A stretch of 64,000 nt of DNA, from the NCBI GenBank assembly GCA_963765495.1, contig CAVXWP010000001.1:1024001-1088000 (forward strand). The letters run 5' to 3'. Below the pieces are notes generated by a model. It saw nothing but the letters and a program-made list of their open reading frames with translations, did not search any database and was not told the DNA's origin. Both the position numbers and the translations under genes were made by a program. Positions 50,152 through 57,168 of this stretch are shown here, one piece after another. This DNA is from Blastocatellia bacterium (lineage in GTDB: Bacteria > Acidobacteriota > Blastocatellia > UBA7656). Numbering within the stretch: the first letter of the stretch is position 1; every line of letters begins with the position of its first letter.

Positions 50152-50234
50152 TGAATAAGAGAGAAGTTGGAACGGTTAAGACGCGAGTAATGTAATACGC
50201 CCGGCAGGACTCGAACCTGCGACCTACGGATTAG

Positions 50235-50831
50235 CTTCCAGCATCACGTTTCCGTGACCTCCCTCATCGGGGTTGCTGGCTGGACCATTTCTTCGCCATT
50301 TCAGGCGGCGGGCGTATGGCCTCTACGCATCCCTTCATCCAAGGTTTGCTCGGAGTTGTCGTAGGAGGTGTACTCCCTTACGAGATTCTCCGAAATAGCC
50401 CGCTCCAGTTCTGCGGTTTTACCGAGGATTTGCAGTCTTTGAGAGAATTTGCCTCTGCACCGGGCAGAACAACAGGTAAAGGCAGTGCCTTTTTGCAAAA
50501 AGGTTTGACCTTTTCTTCTCTCGAAGATCAGACCACATTCCGGGCATTTCAAAACAACCATTTTTCGTCCGTGTTCGAAGTGATGTTTGCGAACGTGTTC
50601 GCCGTTGTTCATCACCTCAAGGTTTTCAATCCGGTTGTCTTTCTTATCCCGGTTTTTATGGTGCACAACTTCATCGGGATTGAGAAGCCTGCCAAGGTGA
50701 TTCTCGACTACGACTCTATGTTCCAGCACATAGCCATTAGCAGAAGCCTGCGGATGTCCAGAAACAAGAGCGTAGTTGTAATCTCCCTTGTGGATGATCT
50801 TCTCAATCTTCCACACAGAACGCTCCTATTG
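50235..50831 (-). ncRNA. Group I self-splicing intron (IC3-like), 597 nt
   Basis: 5' exon ends in U, intron ends in G; P1 CUUC/GGAG with U.G; P2 GUUCUGUG/CGCAGAAC; P3 GCGGGC/GCCCGC; P4 UCGGAG/CUCCGA; P7 GGCCAU/AUGGUC with AAGA J8/7; UCACG-GAAA-CGUGA in P9. Confidence 0.9.
50301..50816 (-). CDS. Intron-encoded HNH homing endonuclease with C-terminal Cys cluster
   Basis: [26 protein letters not shown]; CPECG...CCSARC. Confidence 0.9.
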   Translation of the reverse strand: MWKIEKIIHKGDYNYALVSGHPQASANGYVLEHRVVVENHLGRLLNPDEVVHHKNRDKKDNRIENLEVMNNGEHVRKHHFEHGRKMVVLKCPECGLIFERRKGQTFLQKGTAFTCCSARCRGKFSQRLQILGKTAELERAISENLVREYTSYDNSEQTLDEGMRRGHTPAA

Positions 50832-50875
50832 AAGTCCGTTGCTCTATCCATCTGAGCTACGGGCGCAAAATAAAA

Positions 50876-50953
<78 letters not shown>

Positions 50954-50965
50954 CAACCGTTCGTT

Positions 50966-50994
50966 ATTCTAAAGGAGTTACGGGTGTGGGTCAA
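50966..50994 (-). promoter_or_regulatory. Sigma70 promoter for the tRNA-Pro/tRNA-Arg operon
   Basis: Minus strand TTGACC-N17-TAGAAT, 13 nt upstream of tRNA-Pro. Confidence 0.7.
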
Positions 50995-51032
50995 AGCCAA
51001 TTTGATGCAAGATGCCTGGTTGTGCGGATCGA

Positions 51033-51062
51033 AACGGGAAAATAACGGGAAAATAACGGGAA
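51033..51062 (+). repeat. 11-bp direct repeats, candidate integrase arm-type sites
   Basis: AACGGGAAAAT AACGGGAAAAT AACGGGAA between the tRNA and the integrase. Confidence 0.7.
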
Positions 51063-51125
51063 GTGGTTTTCTTGAATTCATTCCTTCTCGCAGTGACCTA
51101 ATCCAACATTGAAAGGTCACTAATT

Positions 51126-52253
51126 ATGAGTAGATCACGAGAAGGCTCCACTAGAACGATCAATGGCATTCTCTATGCTCGGGTTCGTTGGACTGACGCT
51201 GAGGGTAAGGCAAAGGAGAGGTTGAAACGAGCCAAGAATAAGACTCACGCCAAACAACTCATAAAAGAGATGCAGCGAGAGATTGATGATTACGGCACCA
51301 AGTCGCTTGAGTACGATTCTATCACTTTCGATGATCTTGCTGACTTCTATGTACAGTATCATCTCAAACCTGCCGAATACGTAGGGGGCAAAAAAGTCTC
51401 TGGCCTGCGGTCTCTTCATACTGCCAATTATGCCCTGCCCGTCTTTCGAGAATACTTTGGTACGAAGCGGTTGCGGTCAATCACTTATGGCCACCTTGCT
51501 CGCTTCCGAGATCACCGGCTCAAGACTCCAACAATGCATAACAAACCGCGCTCGGTGACGACTGTAACTCGAGAGCTTGAAGTTCTCCGCAATATGCTTA
51601 ATGTTGCCCATAGGGAAGGATGGCTACTCCGAAACCCCTTCACATCTGGCCTCCCTCTGATCTTGAAATCTCACGAGAAGATGAGAGAGCGAATTCTAAC
51701 CCCCGAAGAAGAAGAACGCCTGCTGTCAGTATGCACCGGCAAGAGAGTACACCTCCGAGCACTCATCATCTGTGCTCTTGATACTGGGATGCGACGGGGG
51801 GAGATTCTAACGCTGACCTGGGAGGATATAGATTTCAACAACAGGCTTATTAATGTGAAAGCCTTCAATACGAATACGCAACGTGAGAGATGTCTCGCAT
51901 TGACCCCCAGGCTGGAGAGCGAATTCTTGGCCCTCTATGAGAAGTCCTCAAAGCAACCGGATGAGCGTGTCTTTGGTATCAAGGATAATGTCAAGCGGTC
52001 TTTCAACACGGCTCGGAGACACGCAGGCATTCCAGAGGTGCGATTTCACGATCTCCGACATACGGCAGCAACAAGGTTGGTTCAGAAAGACATTCCTCTG
52101 CCGTTGGTAGGGCGCATACTTGGGCACACGCAGGCGAATACTACGATGCGCTATGTGAATGCCAACATCGAAACGGCACGCAGAGCGGCGGAGGCGTTAG
52201 CTGGATTCAGAGATGATAGAGAAAAAGAGAACGAAGCAACGCTAATCAATTGA
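51126..52253 (+). CDS. Tyrosine recombinase/integrase
   Basis: TGMRRGEI, FHDLRHT, ILGH, TMRY. Confidence 0.95.
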   Translation: MSRSREGSTRTINGILYARVRWTDAEGKAKERLKRAKNKTHAKQLIKEMQREIDDYGTKSLEYDSITFDDLADFYVQYHLKPAEYVGGKKVSGLRSLHTANYALPVFREYFGTKRLRSITYGHLARFRDHRLKTPTMHNKPRSVTTVTRELEVLRNMLNVAHREGWLLRNPFTSGLPLILKSHEKMRERILTPEEEERLLSVCTGKRVHLRALIICALDTGMRRGEILTLTWEDIDFNNRLINVKAFNTNTQRERCLALTPRLESEFLALYEKSSKQPDERVFGIKDNVKRSFNTARRHAGIPEVRFHDLRHTAATRLVQKDIPLPLVGRILGHTQANTTMRYVNANIETARRAAEALAGFRDDREKENEATLIN

Positions 52254-52471
52254 GGTTTTTTGTGGGGCTGGAGTGAATCTCTGGCCCCCAAGACAAGCCC
52301 CTTTTCTTGATTCCTAATGAAGGCTCTCACTCTTTTTCTTTTGGGGGCTTTTTTTCAACTACCGCTTTGAATTTGAGGCAATACCCCCTGCGCGATGCAT
52401 TATCCAAAGAGTGCTTTTTGAAATGCCCCCAGTCCGACCTGATTATCGCTCTATAGCGAAGTAAAATATTG

Positions 52472-52500
52472 TTGACTGCGAGACAAGAGATACGTATAGT
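52472..52500 (+). promoter_or_regulatory. Sigma70 promoter
   Basis: TTGACT-N17-TATAGT. Confidence 0.6.
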
Positions 52501-52645
52501 GTCCCCGCTTACCTAAAGCACAACAAGCGGGGATGTCCTACTGGTCACATTAGTATTTGGCACCTGTGCTAATGATTAGCCAGATCGTTCAACAACTCAC
52601 ATCGGCTTTCAGTTCTTGGGGGATTTTTTTGAGGAGGAGTTATTT

Positions 52646-54583
52646 ATGTCAGACAAAGTATATCTGCTCAGTATTCGGATTCTCATCTCATTAGTATTCG
52701 CAGCTTTGGCTAACTCGTCTGTATCGGCGCAAACCGATGTTTTTACATATCAGGGATCGCTTACAAACGGAGGCGCTGCTGCCAACGGTCTATTCGATAT
52801 GCAGTTCAAACTTTTTAACACCCCGAATGTCGGCACAGGGACTCAGCAAGGCGGTGTTGTGATACACCCGTCGGTTCAGGTGACAAATGGAGCATTCAGT
52901 GTGCAACTGGAGTTCAGCGCATTGGTCTTCAACGGCTCTGATTTGTATCTTGAAATAGGAGTACGGTCAGCGGGAGACTCGAACCCCTACACATTACTAA
53001 ATCCAAGGCAACAGATCACGTCAGCGCCTTACGCAATCAGGAGCCAAACGGCAGATGTAGCCAATAAACTGTCATTTTCGTGCCTTGGCTGTGTGGCAGA
53101 TACTCAGATAGAGAATGTCTCAGGCAATAAAGTCATTGGAGTAATTCCTATCGGCGCCCTCCCGGGAGGGAGCGCTAACTACATACAGAACCGGACATTA
53201 CAACAACCGGGCAGCAGTTTCAACATCAGTGGAGATGGCGCAGCGGGGGGTACGCTATCAGGCTCAGTTGTGAACTCTGCGACGCAGTATAATATAAATG
53301 GCAGCCGGGTATTGACCGCAGGAAACCTAACAGCCAACCTGATCGCGGGTATCGGCGCAGGTTCCTCGATCAGCAGCGGTACGTCAAACTCTTTTTTCGG
53401 ATTTAATGCTGGACAAAGCACAACAACAGGTGCGGGTAATTCCTTCTTCGGGTTTTACGCAGGTGCAAATAATACGTCAGCTGCCGGTAATGCCTTTTTC
53501 GGTAGTAGTGCTGGCCGAAATAATACGACAGGGATTGCGAATGCTATATTCGGAGACAGCGCAGGCGTCTTCAACACAACCTCCTGCTGCAATTCATTTT
53601 TCGGAACTAATTCCGGTTTTCAGACTACGGAGGGTTACAACGCGTTCTTCGGCTACAGTGCCGGTTTTGCAAATACCACAGGGGGCTGGAACTCATTTGT
53701 CGGGTACCTTGCTGGTTCATCCAACACCATAGCTAACAACAACTCTTTCTTCGGAGCTTTTTCCGGCAAGTCAAATACTACGGGCGAGGGGAACTCATTC
53801 TTCGGGGAGGGTTCTGGCACATCTAACACGACTGGTTATAATAATTCATTCTTCGGAGCGTCTGCCGGCTTTGGCAATACTGTAGGCCAAGGCAATACTT
53901 TCTTCGGAGTAGCCACAGGCCAATCCAACACGACAGGAATAAATAACACGTTTGTTGGTTCCGGCGCCGGCATTACAAACACCACTGGGAATAGTAATAT
54001 CGCAATCGGCGCTTTAGCTGACGTAGGCGCAGGCAACCTCACCAATGCCACGGCGATTGGGACGGGCGTAGTCGTCTCGACGAGCAACACGATGGTGCTC
54101 GGCACGAATACTATAGCCGTTCAGGTTCCGGGCACGCTCAAGGTTAGCACGCTCGGATCGGCAGGCACGACGACCCTTTGCCGCAATGCTTCACAGTTGA
54201 TCGCTACCTGTTCGTCCAGCCTTCGATATAAAGAACAAATCAAGCCTTTTAGCGCCGGACTTGAACTCATCAACCGGCTGCGCCCGATCACTTTTAGCTG
54301 GAAGGAAAGCCACGACCGAGACCTCGGACTTGGGGCGGAAGATGTCGCTTCCATAGAGCCTTTGCTTGTGACCTACAACGACAAGGGGGAGGTCGAAGGG
54401 GTCAAGTATGATCGCATCGCTGTTGTGATGGTAAATGCTATTAAGGAACAGCAAACCCAACTCGAACAGCAGCAGGATAAAGTAAAACAGCAACAAGACC
54501 AGATCGCGCAACAACAGATTCTGATAGAGGGGCTAAAGAAGCTGGTCTGCCAGGATCACCCAGACGCTGAGGTGTGCAAGTAA
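52646..54583 (+). CDS. Secreted beta-helix repeat protein with C-terminal peptidase S74-like intramolecular chaperone and coiled coil
   Basis: Signal peptide; FTYQGSL N-domain; 14-aa NSFFGxxAGxxNTTG repeats; SSSLRYKE..LRPITF..LGLGAEDV..GVKYD. Confidence 0.85.
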   Translation: MSDKVYLLSIRILISLVFAALANSSVSAQTDVFTYQGSLTNGGAAANGLFDMQFKLFNTPNVGTGTQQGGVVIHPSVQVTNGAFSVQLEFSALVFNGSDLYLEIGVRSAGDSNPYTLLNPRQQITSAPYAIRSQTADVANKLSFSCLGCVADTQIENVSGNKVIGVIPIGALPGGSANYIQNRTLQQPGSSFNISGDGAAGGTLSGSVVNSATQYNINGSRVLTAGNLTANLIAGIGAGSSISSGTSNSFFGFNAGQSTTTGAGNSFFGFYAGANNTSAAGNAFFGSSAGRNNTTGIANAIFGDSAGVFNTTSCCNSFFGTNSGFQTTEGYNAFFGYSAGFANTTGGWNSFVGYLAGSSNTIANNNSFFGAFSGKSNTTGEGNSFFGEGSGTSNTTGYNNSFFGASAGFGNTVGQGNTFFGVATGQSNTTGINNTFVGSGAGITNTTGNSNIAIGALADVGAGNLTNATAIGTGVVVSTSNTMVLGTNTIAVQVPGTLKVSTLGSAGTTTLCRNASQLIATCSSSLRYKEQIKPFSAGLELINRLRPITFSWKESHDRDLGLGAEDVASIEPLLVTYNDKGEVEGVKYDRIAVVMVNAIKEQQTQLEQQQDKVKQQQDQIAQQQILIEGLKKLVCQDHPDAEVCK

Positions 54584-54826
54584 AGGGCTTGATTAGAAGG
54601 GTGTTGCAAGAATTTATTTCCCCCAGGTGGAGAAGGTGTTCAATAATTTTTGTGGGCAACCTAATGGCTTGGCTGTGTGCGTTAGCGCAATAACCTCAAC
54701 CATATAAGGTTTCTTGCAAGACAGACTTCTATTTTTTCTCTGGGGGATTTTTTAGTTACGCATTCACTGTTAAGAATTTAGGCCACACTGGAGCAATTTT
54801 TGAGACACACCATCAATATTGGATTC

Positions 54827-55510
54827 CTAACGATTGAACTTGAAGCGTAGCCTCCCAATAACCCGTACAGGCTCACCGCCGAGTTTGGTTGGCTCAAACT
54901 TCCACTGACGCACTGCTGCTATGGCTGCCGCAATCAAAGTGCTGTCACCCGATACCCCTTCTGCTGACGCAACATTGCCCTCTTCATCGAGACTTACTTC
55001 TATCAACACCTCCCCTGAAATATTTGTAGCAGCCGCTTCCGGGGGTTAGACGGGGGCAACTTTCTTGACCGCTCTTTTTTCAAGCACTCCGCCTGAAAGG
55101 CGAATGACCCTTGGTCTATTGGCTCCGGTCTGAGCGGCACTCGCCATAGCCTTGGATGCTGCATCATCGAAGTAGCTAATGGTGCGAGACTCGATCTTGT
55201 AAGGCTTGAAATCTGACTTGCCGCCTTCGCTCCGCAACACCTTTCTTTTTATCCAGTTGCCTCTCAGGTCAATTGTGTAATCCGTGTATATGTGTACACT
55301 GCTGATGTTGCCCTCGCTGTTGTAGTAGGTTGTCTCGACCTCATTGCCTCTGTCATCAAATACCGATGAGTAACTGTAATTGAGCTTGCCGTCACGAGTG
55401 TAGAGTTCTAATCTCGTGAGATTCCCCTTCCCATCGTAAATTGAAACAGTCTTTGTGCCCCGATTGCCGTTATTATAATAGAGAGTACGCTCGATTTTGT
55501 TCCCCTCGGA
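54827..55510 (-). pseudogene. YD-like repeat plus TonB C-terminal domain gene, 5'-truncated, with an in-frame TAA
   Basis: ...KRAVKKVAPV*PPEAAATNISGEVLIEV...AVRQWKFEP reads across the TAA at 55046-55048; upstream frame YDGKGN..FDDRGN has no start codon. Confidence 0.75.
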
Positions 55511-55622
55511 CTAACACTATGGCTGAATTCCAGAGACAAAAAAACTGGCTATGATTGACAGTCATTCGCAGGGAGAATACAGTGATTGAACAATTTCTCA
55601 ATCTCAAAACAGGAGGGATAGA

Positions 55623-55799
55623 ATGGCAAAAGTAATCAACTGTAGAGATGTTGGCGTAGACTGCGACTTCCAGGCTCGCGGTGAAACCGAAGAGGAAGTG
55701 ATGCAAAAGTGCGCTGAACACGCAAAATCAGAACACGGAATGAATGAAATTTCCGAAGAACTGGGAGCTAAAGTGAAATCTGCTATGCGCGATGAGTAG
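55623..55799 (+). CDS. Small metal-binding protein (DUF1059-like), 58 aa, absent from the ORF track
   Basis: MAKVINCRDVGVDCDFQARGETEEEVMQKCAEHAKSEHG...; AGGAGG RBS. Confidence 0.88.
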   Translation: MAKVINCRDVGVDCDFQARGETEEEVMQKCAEHAKSEHGMNEISEELGAKVKSAMRDE

Positions 55800-55999
55800 A
55801 TATTAAGTCCCCATAGGGTTCGACAGCCAAAAAAACATCTCTCGGTCCAGAAGTCAACTACTAAACCTGCTCTCAATAGTCGTAGCTTCTCAACTTGGCA
55901 AATTTTCCGCCAAAAAACCCTTGTGAATGAGATCACTATATTGTATTGTCTGCCGTATCACAGTGTTAAGTATAAATAATCACTTGCAGGAGAAGACGA

Positions 56000-56404
56000 A
56001 TGGAAGATAAAAAAAGGAATGTACTGATCGTGGAGGATGAAAGCGTTATACTGCAACTTCTCTCGACAGTCCTTGAGATGAAATACGACTGCTCTACAGC
56101 AGAGAATGCGATGCAAGCCCTTTCGCTGATAAAGAATAATAAATTCGACCTCATACTGGCTGATGTAGGGTTGCCAGGCTTGTCCGGCTTGGAGCTTTGT
56201 CACATTGCCCAAAGAACCAGCCCACAAACTCTCGTTGTTCTAATGTCGGGGATGAATGATGAGGACTCCGCAAAGGATGCAACCAAGGCTGGCGCATTCG
56301 ATTTCCTTAAGAAACCCTTCAATCTCTCAGAGGCTATGGAATGTGTCGAGCGCGCACTGAACTCTCAGAATGAAAGCGCAATGAGACAGCAAATGGTCTC
56401 TTAG
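56000..56404 (+). CDS. Single-domain response regulator
   Basis: VLIVEDE, LILADVGLPGLSG, FLKKPF. Confidence 0.9.
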   Translation: MEDKKRNVLIVEDESVILQLLSTVLEMKYDCSTAENAMQALSLIKNNKFDLILADVGLPGLSGLELCHIAQRTSPQTLVVLMSGMNDEDSAKDATKAGAFDFLKKPFNLSEAMECVERALNSQNESAMRQQMVS

Positions 56405-56551
56405 TTTGAATTTGCCCCCTCCCCCATTGCCTGCCTAACCTTTCGACCGATCCGGTCAATTTCGTAAGGTAAGAAATACCTCCATCTAAAGTAGCAATTA
56501 TAATCTAAGCCTTTTTAATACTGAATTTACTGGCGCTATTGAATAAAAAAG

Positions 56552-56695
56552 CAGCAATTCTCGGTTTAGAAATTCTGTCTTAACAAAAAGTGAACCACGA
56601 AATACACGAAGCACACGAAATAGAAGAATTATTCGTGTATTTAGTCTGTTTCGTGGTATATCCCGGTGCGATTTCCTCTAAACCGAGAATTGCTG
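56552..56695. mobile_element. MITE-like element with 19-bp perfect TIRs enclosing a 9-mer hairpin
   Basis: CAGCAATTCTCGGTTTAGA ... TCTAAACCGAGAATTGCTG; inner ccacgaaatacacgaagcacacgaa / ttcgtgtatttagtctgtttcgtgg. Confidence 0.7.
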
Positions 56696-57046
56696 ATACG
56701 TAAGCTACTTTCAACGTATCTCGGCCACACTTATACTTGCACGACGGCCTCAAGCGTCGAGGAGGCAACAAGAGCACTCGAAGACTGCTACTTCGACCTT
56801 GTAATCACAGACCTGAGTAGGCCGACCAGATCAAGGCTAGAGTTTTGCCAGTTTGTACGTAAACACTATCCTGAGACCGTAGTGCTCATTATATCGGGGA
56901 TTGCGGAAAATATCGGTGCGGTGCAAGAGTGTGCGTTTGAGTTCATACAGAAACCCTTTAGCCTTTCAAGAGTCGCAGAGGTTGTTGATCGTGCATTGCA
57001 GTATCAGGCGCTTCTGTCTCAAGAATCACAAAAGAGAAGTGATTAG
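56666..57046 (+). pseudogene. Receiver-domain gene lacking its N-terminal beta1/acidic pair
   Basis: IRKLLS..DLVITDL..FIQKPF present; the first codons come from the MITE-like element. Confidence 0.6.
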
Positions 57047-57168
57047 AAGTTTTTGAGGTATGCAGTAGATTTCACGAACGCGAAAACAAAGATGTTTTGT
57101 AATGCTGCCTTCGTGTTGTATCATTGTGCCGGTTTAGTTGAGTTGGTCCCTTATCTTGGCAACTGATT

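Larger units (their letters stand above)
50196..50866 (-). tRNA. tRNA-Arg(UCU), intron-containing (exons 50866-50832 and 50234-50196)
   Basis: Joined exons GCGCCCGTAGCTCAGATGGATAGAGCAACGGACTT|CTAATCCGTAGGTCGCAGGTTCGAGTCCTGCCGGGCGTA form a full cloverleaf with anticodon TCT; CCA not encoded. Confidence 0.93.

Noticed and set aside
55046-55048. Stop-codon recoding
   Set aside because: Single TAA in a truncated gene; all other genes use the standard code
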